From Bifidobacterium breve (GTDB lineage: Bacteria; Actinomycetota; Actinomycetes; S36-B12): DNA of 32,633 nucleotides. Position numbers and translations under genes: made by a program. Shown here in pieces: positions 20,026 through 30,037 of the stretch (position 1 is the first letter of the stretch; each line of letters begins with the position of its first letter). A model generated the notes under the pieces. It had not been told where the DNA came from. It saw only the letters and a list, made by a program, of their open reading frames with translations, and made no database searches. The stretch is taken from positions 1 to 32,633 of the forward strand of contig CAMBQX010000003.1 of assembly GCA_945870085.1 (NCBI GenBank), given 5' to 3'.

Positions 20026-20909
20026 GCGCGCCATTTGTGCTGATCGGTGACCTCATGGTTGATATCACCGCGGTAACTAGTGGTCCTGTCAACTATGCCA
20101 GTGACACTCGGGCGAAAATCAGTGTGCACCCAGGTGGCGCAAGCGCCAACACCGCGAGCTGGCTGGCGCACCTAGGCGAAAGTGTGCACCTAATAGGTGC
20201 GCTCGGCACAGATGTCTTCGCCACGATGTTCCGGCAGTCATTCGAGAACACGGGCGTACATCTACACGCCACCGAGGTCACGGGTGCCCCGACCGGCACT
20301 TGCATAGTCATTGTTGACTCCACCGGTGAGCGCACGATGCTGCCAGATCCTGGCGCCAACTCATTTCTAACGCAGTCTCAAATAACCGACTCGCTACTTT
20401 GCGCCGGGTCACATCTGCATCTGTCCGGTTATACGTTGCTCAATCCAGCCACCCGAGCAGTTGGGAAAATTGCCTTAGCTCGCGCCCGCGCTGGAAACCT
20501 GACCTGCAGTTTGGATACCGCATCTGCAGCCCCAATCTCGGCGAATCCAGGAGCTATTCGAGAAGCCCTGGGCCAGATCGACGTGCTTTTAGCTAATACC
20601 GACGAAGCCGAAGCCCTTACCGGCTTTAGCGACCCCGCTCAGGCCTTAGCCGCACTTGCCGAAGTAGTTGACACGGTGGTGATCAAGTGCGGGCCACAGG
20701 GCGCCTTGGCCGCCCAGGGGAATCAACACGCCCAGGTGCCAGCGCTACCGGCCAAGGTGGTCGACACCACCGGGGCGGGGGATGCCTTTGCCGCTGGCTT
20801 CTTGGTCAGCTGGAGGGCCGGGGCGCCCCTGATCGAGGCCGTTACGGCGGGAGTGCGAGAAGCCACACAGGCAGTGGGCCGTGTCGGAGCCGGCCCGAAG
20901 GCCCTGTGA
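20022..20909 (+). CDS. PfkB-family kinase, probable pseudouridine kinase
   Basis: [19 protein letters not shown], 4-nt overlap with psuG. Confidence 0.88.
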   Translation: MSAPFVLIGDLMVDITAVTSGPVNYASDTRAKISVHPGGASANTASWLAHLGESVHLIGALGTDVFATMFRQSFENTGVHLHATEVTGAPTGTCIVIVDSTGERTMLPDPGANSFLTQSQITDSLLCAGSHLHLSGYTLLNPATRAVGKIALARARAGNLTCSLDTASAAPISANPGAIREALGQIDVLLANTDEAEALTGFSDPAQALAALAEVVDTVVIKCGPQGALAAQGNQHAQVPALPAKVVDTTGAGDAFAAGFLVSWRAGAPLIEAVTAGVREATQAVGRVGAGPKAL

Positions 20910-21000
20910 CCGACGAGAATCGTGCACACTTCCCAGTTTTTACCGGCCGGTGCACTCTGCGCCCGGGCTGGAGTTCGGGGTTTGGCAAGAAAGGCTAAGG

Positions 21001-23448
21001 ATGGCTAGGCGCTCGACGAAGGCGGTTGCACCCGGTGATGGACGCATCGTCGATATTGACGTGTCCGATGAAATGCGGGCGTCTTTTTTGGAGTACGCCT
21101 ATTCGGTCATTTACGCGCGAGCCTTACCCGATGCCCGCGACGGCCTCAAGCCGGTACAACGGCGAATTCTATTTCAGATGGCGCAGATGGGCCTTCGACC
21201 AGAACGCGGGCACGTAAAGAGTGCGCGTGTCGTCGGTGAGGTCATGGGCCGACTTCACCCACACGGTGATTCGGCGATTTATGACGCACTTGTTCGCATG
21301 GCGCAGCCGTTTACTCTGCGACTTCCCATGGTCGACGGTCACGGCAATTTTGGCTCACTCGATGATGGCCCAGCCGCTATGCGATACACCGAAGCTCGGC
21401 TGGCCGCAGCGGCTCTTGATATGACCTTGAGTCTGGACGAGAACGTTGTTGATTTTGTTCCGAATTACGACGGCCGTGAAACCGAACCGACGGTGCTGCC
21501 TGCGGCTATTCCAAATCTGCTCGTAAATGGGGCATCCGGTATCGCCGTTGGGATGGCCACCACCTTGGTACCCCACAACCTCGGTGAAGTTATCGGTGCT
21601 ACCCGACACCTCATCAAGAATCCGAAAGCGGGACTCGGTGAGATCATGAAGTTCATCCCCGGGCCCGATCTACCCGGTGGGGGAGTAATCATCGGCCTCG
21701 CTGGAGTCCGCGAGGCCTATGAATCCGGGCGGGGCACCTTTCGGGTTCGAGCTCGCACCCGCATTGACCAAGTCTCACCAAGACGCCGCGGCATCATCGT
21801 CACCGAATTGCCGATGAATGTTGGCCCAGAAAGAGTTATCGAACGAATTAAGGATCTTGTTCAAAGTAAGAAACTACTGGGCATCGCCGATGTGACTGAT
21901 CTAACCGACGGTGATTCCGGACTCAATTTGGTTATCGATATCAAGAACGGTTTTCACGCTGAGGCTGTACTTGAGAACCTCTTTAAGCTCACCCCGATGG
22001 AAGAATCGGTCAATATAAATGCTGTCGCACTTGTTGAAGGTCAACCGCAGACGTTGGGGCTACTGACTTTATTGCACGTCTTCATCGATCACCGGCTCGA
22101 AGTGGTGCGTCGCCGCAGTCTGTTCCGTCGCGAAAAAGCACAAGATCGACTGCATTTGGTTGCCGGATTGCTCACGGCTATCCTCGATATAGACGACGTA
22201 ATTCAACTTATTCGCGAGTCTGATGATGCTGCAGCAGCAAAGGCACGTTTAATTGAAGTGTTCGACCTGAGCGAAGTCCAGTCTTCTTACATACTCGAAA
22301 TGCCGCTGCGAAGACTTACCAAGTTCTCACGAATTGAACTGGAGAAAGAGTCCGATGTCCTTAAGCGTGAGATTGAAGATCTCACCAAAATCCTTGATAA
22401 CGAAAGCGAACTGCGCGCATTAGTCTCCGATGAACTAGCTGCGATTGCGCAGGCTCATGCAACTCCACGGCGCACCTTGCTGATGGAAGCCGGCGCCGTC
22501 CCGATTTCTGCCGCGGTGCCACTAGAGGTTGACGATGAACCATGCGTGGTGTTGATGTCGAGCACCGGGCTTTTGGCCCGCACCGCTGACCAGCGATTCG
22601 AACAGGTGGGTGATATCGCGCGCGCTAATCATGATGTGATCATCAGCGCTGTCCCCGCAACCAATCGAGGGTTCATTGGGTTAGTTACCAGTACCGGCAC
22701 ACTCATTCGACTTTCGGTGGTTGACCTGCCCGCCCTGCCATCGGTGATTGGCATTCCCGCCTTGTCCGCCGGAGCGCCAATCGGCGCTTTCGTTGACCTG
22801 CCACTTGGTGAGTCGGCCCTGTGTTTAACCACCCTTGATGAGACCGGTGGCATTGCCTTAGCAACCGCCAATGGAGTTGTCAAAAGAGTCCTCCCGGATG
22901 GGCTCACAAATAAGGACTCATGGGAGATCATTCGACTTGATGAAGGTGATCAGGTGGTGGGTGCCATCGGCCTCGACGAGGCGGCGGCCGAGACTTCCGA
23001 ATTAGTTTTCGTCACCTCAGATGGCCAACTACTGCGGTTTGCGGCAAGTGCGGTGCGACCACAGGGCCGGGCCGCTGGCGGCATGGCAGGAGTGCGCTTG
23101 GCCCGTGGAGCCCGAGTCACTTCGTTTACCGCATTAACTCCGGCGGCGAGCGCTTTGGTGGTTACTATCGCCGGTTCCGCAGATGCACTGCCGGGTACCG
23201 AAGCCGGCAGTATCAAGATCACTCCCCTAGCCGAATACCCCGCAAAGGGCCGAGGTACCGGCGGGGTGCGCTGCCATAAATTCCGCTCCGGCGAAGACAC
23301 CCTGGTATTGGCCTGGGTCGGGATAGGTCAGGCACGCGCCGCTACCGCATCGGGAGTTCCGGCTGACTTACCAACGGTCCTGGGTAAAAGAGATGGCACC
23401 GGATCACCCGGTACCACACCAATTTCTGGGCTTGGCGGGCAACTTTGA
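21001..23448 (+). CDS. parC: type IIA topoisomerase subunit A (topo IV ParC type)
   Basis: [35 protein letters not shown] catalytic Tyr, no canonical GyrA box seen. GAAAGG-N6-ATG 21001. Confidence 0.92.
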   Translation: MARRSTKAVAPGDGRIVDIDVSDEMRASFLEYAYSVIYARALPDARDGLKPVQRRILFQMAQMGLRPERGHVKSARVVGEVMGRLHPHGDSAIYDALVRMAQPFTLRLPMVDGHGNFGSLDDGPAAMRYTEARLAAAALDMTLSLDENVVDFVPNYDGRETEPTVLPAAIPNLLVNGASGIAVGMATTLVPHNLGEVIGATRHLIKNPKAGLGEIMKFIPGPDLPGGGVIIGLAGVREAYESGRGTFRVRARTRIDQVSPRRRGIIVTELPMNVGPERVIERIKDLVQSKKLLGIADVTDLTDGDSGLNLVIDIKNGFHAEAVLENLFKLTPMEESVNINAVALVEGQPQTLGLLTLLHVFIDHRLEVVRRRSLFRREKAQDRLHLVAGLLTAILDIDDVIQLIRESDDAAAAKARLIEVFDLSEVQSSYILEMPLRRLTKFSRIELEKESDVLKREIEDLTKILDNESELRALVSDELAAIAQAHATPRRTLLMEAGAVPISAAVPLEVDDEPCVVLMSSTGLLARTADQRFEQVGDIARANHDVIISAVPATNRGFIGLVTSTGTLIRLSVVDLPALPSVIGIPALSAGAPIGAFVDLPLGESALCLTTLDETGGIALATANGVVKRVLPDGLTNKDSWEIIRLDEGDQVVGAIGLDEAAAETSELVFVTSDGQLLRFAASAVRPQGRAAGGMAGVRLARGARVTSFTALTPAASALVVTIAGSADALPGTEAGSIKITPLAEYPAKGRGTGGVRCHKFRSGEDTLVLAWVGIGQARAATASGVPADLPTVLGKRDGTGSPGTTPISGLGGQL

Positions 23449-24419
23449 GCACCGACTGTTCCAGTGCCGCACGCGAAGTCGGTGAACCACTCGCTGGTAC
23501 CGCACCGGTTGCCACCTGCTGGATTTTGATCGAGCAGCCGGGGCCCTGGGGCAAGAATGCCCTTCTTGACGCGCGCCTTGAACTTGGAGTCGGCCAACTA
23601 TTAACAAAGCGAGCCGAAGGCACCGGGGTTTCGATCTTGCTGGTGCGCCACCCAGACCGCCTAGAGCCGGCGTCAACTGTTGCCGGTAGGAATGTCTGGG
23701 TGGTCCATACCGCCCCTGGCGCTACTCGCATGCGCCACGGCATCATGCCCGATGTATCAGTTATCGCGGATTGGGATTTTTCTGAACTCGCCGCAGGCGC
23801 CCTTCCGCCATTTGGGGTATCTACCAGCCAGCCGTTGCTCTTGGTCTGCACCCACAGCGGCCGCGATGCTTGCTGCGCGTTACATGGTCGAGCCCTCATT
23901 ACCGATCTTCTCAAAAACGTCAGCGTCGAGGATCGAGGATTTATCTGGGAATCCAGCCACATTGGCGGCCATCGGTTTGCTCCTACAGTCATGAGCCTGC
24001 CATGCGGAGCCGTTTTCGGTCGACTCACGGTTGACAATGCGATCGAGATATTTTCCAGCTCTCAGCGACTGCTGTTAACTCCCGACAATTACCGCGGCCG
24101 CACCTGCTATTCGCCACCACTGCAGGTTGCTGAAATCGTCGTCCGACAAAACATGGGTATTTTCGAGCGCGATGTGCTGGATGTGCTTCGAGTAATAGAT
24201 GATCGCCCCTTGCCTATGCCGGCGCTAGCGCAGCTACCAGCGGTTGGCGAATCAATAGTTGCCGAGGTGCGCCACAACGACGGGCGGGCTTGGCAGGTGA
24301 ACCTTAGGTGTGAAGAACTTACCCAACCGCGACCTAAATCATGTGGGAGCGAACCCACCACCGCCGCCATTTGGCGTAGTGTCGCCCTAGCCGAAGCCAC
24401 GCCATGGCACCAAGGTTGA
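23445..24419 (+). CDS. sucrase/ferredoxin-like protein (Apd1/Aim32 thioredoxin-like [2Fe-2S] family)
   Basis: [17 protein letters not shown] (CX8C), [10 protein letters not shown] (HXGGH), YRGR, TTGA overlap with parC. Confidence 0.88.
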   Translation: MSTDCSSAAREVGEPLAGTAPVATCWILIEQPGPWGKNALLDARLELGVGQLLTKRAEGTGVSILLVRHPDRLEPASTVAGRNVWVVHTAPGATRMRHGIMPDVSVIADWDFSELAAGALPPFGVSTSQPLLLVCTHSGRDACCALHGRALITDLLKNVSVEDRGFIWESSHIGGHRFAPTVMSLPCGAVFGRLTVDNAIEIFSSSQRLLLTPDNYRGRTCYSPPLQVAEIVVRQNMGIFERDVLDVLRVIDDRPLPMPALAQLPAVGESIVAEVRHNDGRAWQVNLRCEELTQPRPKSCGSEPTTAAIWRSVALAEATPWHQG

Positions 24420-24423
24420 ACTG

Positions 24424-25788
24424 CTAAGTCTTAGTTTGCCTGGCCGCTTTCAGTAAGTCTTCGCTGCTTTGAATAGTAGTTCGATCCCGGTCTTTGCCGG
24501 CTCCAAGTGCTCGCTCAGCCGAATCAATAGCGCGCCAGCCAAAATTATCAACAACCTGCTTCCCCGACTCGGCCAGCCATGAGTCAAACTCGCTTGGGTT
24601 CGACATTGGCGCGACCGGCAATTTATCGCAATCAGCTAGCACCGAGGCCACGGTCGCGGTCGCATCCTTCTTATTGGTGCCGATGATCCCGGTTGGGCCA
24701 CGCTTGATCCAGCCGGCCACGTATTCACCGCTCACCGCGCCACCATCACACTGAACTCGACCCTCCACGTGCGGGATAACGTTGCGATCTTCATCAAATG
24801 GCACACCAGGTAAGGCCAGGCCCCGGTAACCGACACTGCGAACCACTAGATCTGCAGCAATGACGAAAGTCTCGCCGGTGCCTTTGGCGCCACCTGCGCC
24901 ATCTAGCTCGGTGCGTTCGACGACCACCTCACGCACTCTAGTATCACCGCGTAGCTCTACCGGACGAGCCATAAAGTGCAAGTGAATGCGTCGTGATTTT
25001 CCGGTTTGTTCTTTTGTGGCCCACGTTTTAACTACTTCGACATTGCGAGCCACCGCTTTATCGTCGGCAATAACTTGCTCACTCGCGGCGTCGAATACTA
25101 AGTCCGCAGGGTCGACCACGATGTCAGCGTCAACCAGTTCACCCAGTTCACGCAGTTCTTTTGTGGTGTAGGTGGCCTGTGCCGGCCCCCGCCTGCCCAG
25201 TACGTGAATATCGGTGATCACCGACTTTCGCAGGGTGTCGAATACGTATTCGGGCATATCAGTGTGCGTGAGTTCATCAACTGTCTTCGCCAACACGCGG
25301 GTAACGTCAACTGCCACATTTCCTACACCCACCACAACGACACAGGTTGCAGTAGGGATTAGCCGCTCAAAAGTCTCGCGATCGGCATCGGGGTGCCCGC
25401 AGTACCAAGCCACTAGGTCGGTAGCGGCCACACTGGCATCTAGCTCTTCACCTGGTATCGCAAGCCGACGGTCACGCGAGGCGCCATAGGTGAACACGAT
25501 GGCATCAAAATACTCGTGAAGGGTGGCAACCGAAATATCAACCCCAACCTCGACATTGCCGATGAAGCGCACCCCAGGCTTTTCGAATACTTTGTCAAGG
25601 GTGTCGCGCACCGAACGAATACTGATGTGGTCAGGGGCTACGCCGTAACGCACCAAGCCAAATGGCACCGGCAATTTGTCAATGACATCAACAGTGACCG
25701 GGATCTCCTGTTGGCTAACTAGCGCATCCGCCGCATACATACCTGATGGACCAGAACCCACCACTGCAACGCGTAACGGTCGAGCCAT
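24424..25788 (-). CDS. fprA: ferredoxin-NADP+ reductase (FprA/adrenodoxin-reductase type)
   Basis: GSGPSG, PFGLVRYGVAPDH, GVGNVAVD, GWIKRGPTGIIG, GGAGG RBS. Confidence 0.9.
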   Translation of the reverse strand: MARPLRVAVVGSGPSGMYAADALVSQQEIPVTVDVIDKLPVPFGLVRYGVAPDHISIRSVRDTLDKVFEKPGVRFIGNVEVGVDISVATLHEYFDAIVFTYGASRDRRLAIPGEELDASVAATDLVAWYCGHPDADRETFERLIPTATCVVVVGVGNVAVDVTRVLAKTVDELTHTDMPEYVFDTLRKSVITDIHVLGRRGPAQATYTTKELRELGELVDADIVVDPADLVFDAASEQVIADDKAVARNVEVVKTWATKEQTGKSRRIHLHFMARPVELRGDTRVREVVVERTELDGAGGAKGTGETFVIAADLVVRSVGYRGLALPGVPFDEDRNVIPHVEGRVQCDGGAVSGEYVAGWIKRGPTGIIGTNKKDATATVASVLADCDKLPVAPMSNPSEFDSWLAESGKQVVDNFGWRAIDSAERALGAGKDRDRTTIQSSEDLLKAARQTKT

Positions 25789-25799
25789 GCCGTGACCTC

Positions 25800-25827
25800 C
25801 AAGTGGCTAGTTACAAGTGGCTAGTTA
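25800..25827. repeat. perfect 14-bp tandem duplication CAAGTGGCTAGTTA x2
   Basis: Copies at 25800-25813 and 25814-25827, abutting the fprA RBS. Confidence 0.85.
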
Positions 25828-25856
25828 ACTGGGCCTACTTGCCGCAGAGCGTATTA

Positions 25857-27998
25857 CTAGGCATCGATTCGCTCCCGATCTAACCCTGCCGCACCTTCGA
25901 CAATGAACTCCTTTCGAGGGGCAACTTCACCGCCCATTAGGAGATCGAATACCGCGCTCGCCCCGGCAACATCCTTCATGGTGATTCGACGCAGAGTCCG
26001 GTGGGCGGGATCCATTGTGGTCTCGCGCAGTTGGCCAGCATCCATCTCACCTAATCCCTTATAGCGCTGAATAGGATCCTTGACCTTCTTGCCGCGTTTA
26101 TTCGCATCGGCTAAAACCGACTTCATCTCGCCATCGGAGTAGGTGTAGATAAGGTCATTGGATTTGCTCCCGGCATTCACAATTTCGAGTCGATGAAGTG
26201 GTGGCACTGCCGCATAGACCCGCCCGGCCTCCAACAGTGGGTGCAGATACCGGTTGATCAAGGTCAATAGCAGACATCGAATATGCGCACCGTCAACGTC
26301 TGCATCGGACATCAGGATCACTTTGCCGTATCGCGCTTGCTCAAGATCAAATGATCGACCAGAACCAGCCCCGATCACCTGAATAATCGAGGCGCACTCA
26401 GTGTTCTTGAGCATGTCAGCGAGGGAGGACTTCTGCACATTTAAAATCTTGCCGCGGATCGGCAGCAGTGCTTGGTAATCGGCATTTCGGGCCACTTTCG
26501 CGGTACCCAGCGCACTATCACCTTCAACAATGAACAATTCACTGCGCTCGACGTCGTCGGTTCGACAATCCACCAACTTAGCCGGCAAAGCAGATGACTC
26601 AAGTGCTGTCTTTCGCCGTTGGGTATCGCGGTGGGTCCGCGCAGCCACCCGTGCACGCATGGCATTCGCGGCTTTCTCCAGGACCGACTTCGCGGCGACT
26701 TTCTCACCCCTGGGCGGGTTGGTAAACCACGTGGTTAACTCCTTGGTGACCACGTTACCCACTATCCGCGTGGCAGCGGGGGTTCCTAAAATCTCTTTAG
26801 TTTGGCCTTCAAATTGCGGCTCGGCGAGGCGCACGGTGACAACAGCGGTCAGGCCCTCAAAAACGTCATCCTTGGTGATGGTGTCTTCGGCGCCTTTTAG
26901 AATCTTCGCGGCTCGCACTTGGTCATTGACAGTTTTGACGATGGCTCTTTCAAATCCGGTCAGGTGGGTACCACCCTTGGGAGTCGCGATCACGTTCACG
27001 AAGGAACGAATATCGGATTCGTAACCGGCATCCCAGCGCAAGGCGATATCGACACCTAATTCGCGTTCAACATCTTGCGGAGTCATGTGCCCTTTGTCAT
27101 CCAGCACCGGGACAGTCTCGTGGAAGTGCCCCTTGCCGTGCAATCGAATTACCGAGCTCACGGGCTCACCAACCGACAAGGCCTCGACATATTCGGTGAT
27201 GCCACCTTTGTGCTGAAAAGTCTCCTCGTAGCGATCTTCGGGATCGCGTAAATCGATAACCGTAATAAGTAATCCCGGGACTAAGAACGTGCTTTGCACT
27301 GCGCGTTCGCGTAGCCCTTCGCGGTCATAGCCGGCTTCCTTGGTGAATACCTGCGAATCAGCCCACCACCGCACCCGGGTGCCGGTTCGAGTGCGCGGGC
27401 AGGTGCCAGCGATATGCAGGCCACTCTTGCGGGTGAAATCCCCCATCGGACCAACTCCGTCAAAAACTCCGGGCACCCCCCGTCTAAAAGACATGGTGTG
27501 GGTCTTGGCCCCGCGGTCGACCTCAACATCTAGCCGCGCAGAAAGCGCATTGACCACCGAGGCACCAACCCCGTGTAGCCCACCCGAGGCCGTATACGAA
27601 CCGCCGCCGAACTTACCGCCGGCATGTAACTTGGTCATCACGACTTCAACGCCGGTCAATTTAGTCTTGGGTTCAACATCGACGGGGATCCCGCGACCAT
27701 CATCACTAACCTCGGCCGAACCGTCAGGATACAAAGTCACGATGATTTTCTTGCATGAGCCGGCGAGCGCCTCATCAATCGCGTTGTCGACGATTTCCCA
27801 GAGGCAGTGCATTAATCCGCGGCCATCATTTGATCCGATGTACATTCCGGGCCGCTTACGCACGGCGTCTAAGCCCTCAAGCACGGCCAGATTCTTGGCG
27901 GTATACGCCCCGGCGGCAGCAATGCCTCCACCACCGGCACCGCCAGCGGCACTAGTTGCTGCCGATCGGGCTGATTTCCGGGGCAATTTGGCGGCCAT
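25857..27998 (-). CDS. parE: type IIA topoisomerase subunit B (topo IV ParE type)
   Basis: GLDAVRKRPGMYIG, EIVDNAIDE, VEGDSA, PIRGK, DADVDG, RYKGLGEM. Start moved to ATG 27998 (TAATCT-N7). Confidence 0.92.
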   Translation of the reverse strand: MAAKLPRKSARSAATSAAGGAGGGGIAAAGAYTAKNLAVLEGLDAVRKRPGMYIGSNDGRGLMHCLWEIVDNAIDEALAGSCKKIIVTLYPDGSAEVSDDGRGIPVDVEPKTKLTGVEVVMTKLHAGGKFGGGSYTASGGLHGVGASVVNALSARLDVEVDRGAKTHTMSFRRGVPGVFDGVGPMGDFTRKSGLHIAGTCPRTRTGTRVRWWADSQVFTKEAGYDREGLRERAVQSTFLVPGLLITVIDLRDPEDRYEETFQHKGGITEYVEALSVGEPVSSVIRLHGKGHFHETVPVLDDKGHMTPQDVERELGVDIALRWDAGYESDIRSFVNVIATPKGGTHLTGFERAIVKTVNDQVRAAKILKGAEDTITKDDVFEGLTAVVTVRLAEPQFEGQTKEILGTPAATRIVGNVVTKELTTWFTNPPRGEKVAAKSVLEKAANAMRARVAARTHRDTQRRKTALESSALPAKLVDCRTDDVERSELFIVEGDSALGTAKVARNADYQALLPIRGKILNVQKSSLADMLKNTECASIIQVIGAGSGRSFDLEQARYGKVILMSDADVDGAHIRCLLLTLINRYLHPLLEAGRVYAAVPPLHRLEIVNAGSKSNDLIYTYSDGEMKSVLADANKRGKKVKDPIQRYKGLGEMDAGQLRETTMDPAHRTLRRITMKDVAGASAVFDLLMGGEVAPRKEFIVEGAAGLDRERIDA

Positions 27999-28109
27999 TT
28001 GCCTTAGATTACGGCGAAATTGGCCGGATCTGTCCCCCGGCCGGTCGTGTCGTCCACAGATCATCGCAACGCGTTCGCTCTGCGTGAACCAACGGCCTGC
28101 GGCGTGTCG

Positions 28110-28136
28110 GGAATGCAATTGTGGTGAGAGAATGTT
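28110..28136 (+). promoter_or_regulatory. candidate ECF (SigR/SigH/SigE-like) promoter GGAAT-N19-GTT
   Basis: cgGGAAT...GTTA upstream of the small Zn-finger gene. Spacer is one nt longer than the SigR consensus. Confidence 0.45.
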
Positions 28137-28183
28137 ACCAATGGCGACAAGCACAAATAAATGGCCGAGGAGGTGCCTGGTAC

Positions 28184-28402
28184 ATGACCACGACGATGAC
28201 TGCCCCCGCACTTAGTGCGACCGATAGGTGTGACCGCTGCAACGCGCAGGCTTATGTGCGCGTGATATTGCACGGCGGCTCCGACCTGCTTTTCTGTGGG
28301 CATCACTGGTCACGCCATGAACTGGTCCTGCGGCCGAGGGCTGCGACCATCGTCGATGAGACCCATCGCCTAACGGATGCACCGGCTAGCGATAACCGGT
28401 AG
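28184..28402 (+). CDS. small Cys/His Zn-finger-like protein (DUF7455-like, 72 aa)
   Basis: DRCDRCNAQAYVRV...LLFCGHH, strong RBS GAGGAGGTG before ATG 28184. Confidence 0.85.
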   Translation: MTTTMTAPALSATDRCDRCNAQAYVRVILHGGSDLLFCGHHWSRHELVLRPRAATIVDETHRLTDAPASDNR

Positions 28403-28466
28403 GAGATCGCAGAACGCTTCTTCGCACCGTTGTTTGCAGTGCGCCACTGGATAACTTGGGTGCGGG

Positions 28467-29912
28467 TTAATCCAAGTAATCTCGTAGCACCTGCGAACGT
28501 GACGGGTGGCGAAGCTTCGACATAGTCTTACTCTCTATTTGCCGGATCCGCTCACGGGTAACCCCGTACACCTTGCCAATTTCGTCCAGCGTTTTCGGCT
28601 GGCCGTCGGTTAGGCCAAAGCGCATTCTGACAACTCCGGCCTCACGGTCTGACAAAGTGTCAAGAACCGACTCGAGTTGCTCCTGCAGCAAGGTGAATGA
28701 AACCGCGTCGGCGGGTACAATCGCCTCGGAGTCCTCGATTAAGTCACCGAATTCACTATCACCCTCCTCGCCGAGTGGCGTATGAAGTGATATCGGCTCG
28801 CGTCCATACTTTTGAACTTCGACAACTTTCTCAGGAGTCATGTCGAGCTCTTTCGCCAACTCTTCTGGCGTTGGTTCGCGGCCCAAGTCTTGCAGCATTT
28901 GCCGCTGCACCCGGGCTAGTTTGTTAATTACTTCGACCATATGCACTGGGATGCGAATGGTTCGAGCTTGATCAGCCATGGCCCGGGTGATGGCCTGTCG
29001 AATCCACCAGGTGGCGTAAGTCGAGAACTTGTAGCCCTTGGTGTAGTCGAATTTCTCGACCGCGCGAATCAAACCCAGGTTGCCCTCTTGAATCAAATCG
29101 AGGAACAACATGCCACGCCCGGTGTAGCGCTTTGCCAGCGAAACCACAAGTCGCAGGTTCGCTTCAAGTAGGTGATTCTTCGCGTTGCGACCATCACGTG
29201 CGATCCACTCGAGGTCACGATGCATTTTCTTTTCGATTTTCTTGCCCTCATTGAGCATCTCTTCGGCGAAGAGCCCGGCTTCAATGCGCTTGGCAAGATC
29301 AACTTCCATCTCCGCATTTAGCAGTGGGACCTTGCCTATCTGCTTTAGATAATCCTTTACCGGGTCTGCGGTGGCACCAGCAACCATAACCGTCTGCACT
29401 GGCTCATCGGTATCGTCAACATCTGAGATAACGAAACTGGCCTCATCGCCATCACCGGTATCGGCGACGGCCTCAGCGATGTCTACGGCAATGTCAGCTT
29501 CAAGATCAGCCTCAAGAACCGCAACTACCGCGAGGTCCGCGGGATCGATATCGTCGGCATTGATCACGACCAAGCCGTCCTCGGTCGCAATCACCTCTAT
29601 CATTTCTAAGTCAATTTTCGCGGGAGCCGCCTTCTTAACAGGTGCCGCCTTCTTCGCAGGAGCTACCTTCTTAACAGGCGCCACTTTCTTAACAGGTGCC
29701 GCCTTCTTCGCGGGAGCCGTTTTCTTAACAGGTGCCGCCTTCTTAACAGGCGCCACTTTCTTAACAGGTGCCGCCTTCTTCGCGGGAGCCGCTTTCTTAA
29801 CAGGTGCCGCCTTCTTAACAGGTGCCGCCTTCTTCACGGGTGAGGTCTTCTTCACGGGTGAGGTCTTCTTCGCGGGAACTACCTTCTTCGCCAAATTCTT
29901 TACCGGTGCCAT
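28467..29912 (-). CDS. sigA: principal sigma factor SigA/HrdB (RpoD family)
   Basis: [48 protein letters not shown]. Start uncertain (ATG 29912 or TTG 29951). Confidence 0.96.
   Translation of the reverse strand: MAPVKNLAKKVVPAKKTSPVKKTSPVKKAAPVKKAAPVKKAAPAKKAAPVKKVAPVKKAAPVKKTAPAKKAAPVKKVAPVKKVAPAKKAAPVKKAAPAKIDLEMIEVIATEDGLVVINADDIDPADLAVVAVLEADLEADIAVDIAEAVADTGDGDEASFVISDVDDTDEPVQTVMVAGATADPVKDYLKQIGKVPLLNAEMEVDLAKRIEAGLFAEEMLNEGKKIEKKMHRDLEWIARDGRNAKNHLLEANLRLVVSLAKRYTGRGMLFLDLIQEGNLGLIRAVEKFDYTKGYKFSTYATWWIRQAITRAMADQARTIRIPVHMVEVINKLARVQRQMLQDLGREPTPEELAKELDMTPEKVVEVQKYGREPISLHTPLGEEGDSEFGDLIEDSEAIVPADAVSFTLLQEQLESVLDTLSDREAGVVRMRFGLTDGQPKTLDEIGKVYGVTRERIRQIESKTMSKLRHPSRSQVLRDYLD
29616..29882 (-). 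repeat. 15 x 18-bp coding tandem repeat (xxP[V/A]KK) in the SigA N-terminus
   Basis: [12 protein letters not shown] x2, [18 protein letters not shown] and similar units. The last unit lacks its final Lys. Confidence 0.95.
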
Positions 29913-29953
29913 CTTTGTAGGTAACGCCTTTCTCCCACTTCCCCACGACAAGA

Positions 29954-29984
29954 GCCCGTGTCAAGCCTGATGGCTTGTACGGGC
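29954..29984 (-). promoter_or_regulatory. stem-loop in the sigA leader (possible terminator/attenuator or 5' stabiliser)
   Basis: Minus strand GCCCGT-A-CAAGCC-ATCA-GGCTTG-AC-ACGGGC, followed by TCTTGT. Confidence 0.65.
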
Positions 29985-29995
29985 GTGAGGCCACC

Positions 29996-30004
29996 AGTGT
30001 GCCA
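29996..30004 (-). promoter_or_regulatory. extended -10 TGG-CACACT, candidate sigA promoter
   Basis: Same TGG-CANNNT pattern as at tdk, DUF3093 and DUF5998. Confidence 0.5.
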
Positions 30005-30037
30005 CCGCCAATAGCGCCCAGCCCAGCCGGGGGCCCC

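Noticed and set aside
21001-27998. Calling the topoisomerase genes gyrA/gyrB or a quinolone-resistance allele
   Set aside because: The split, convergent layout near sigA and the lack of a canonical GyrA box fit actinobacterial topo IV. The QRDR (HGDSAIYD) keeps Ser and Asp at the usual positions.
27340-28215. 291-aa + strand ORF
   Set aside because: Antisense to parE, low-complexity Ser/Pro/Ala translation.
28403-28466. Terminator between the Zn-finger gene and sigA
   Set aside because: Only weak pairing (CGCAC/GTGCG) and no U tract, so it cannot be supported.
29371-29970. 199-aa ORF with GAAFLT repeats, and the repeat as a possible CRISPR array
   Set aside because: It is the reverse reading of the SigA coding repeat. 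The 18-bp units are contiguous with no spacers and there are no cas genes.
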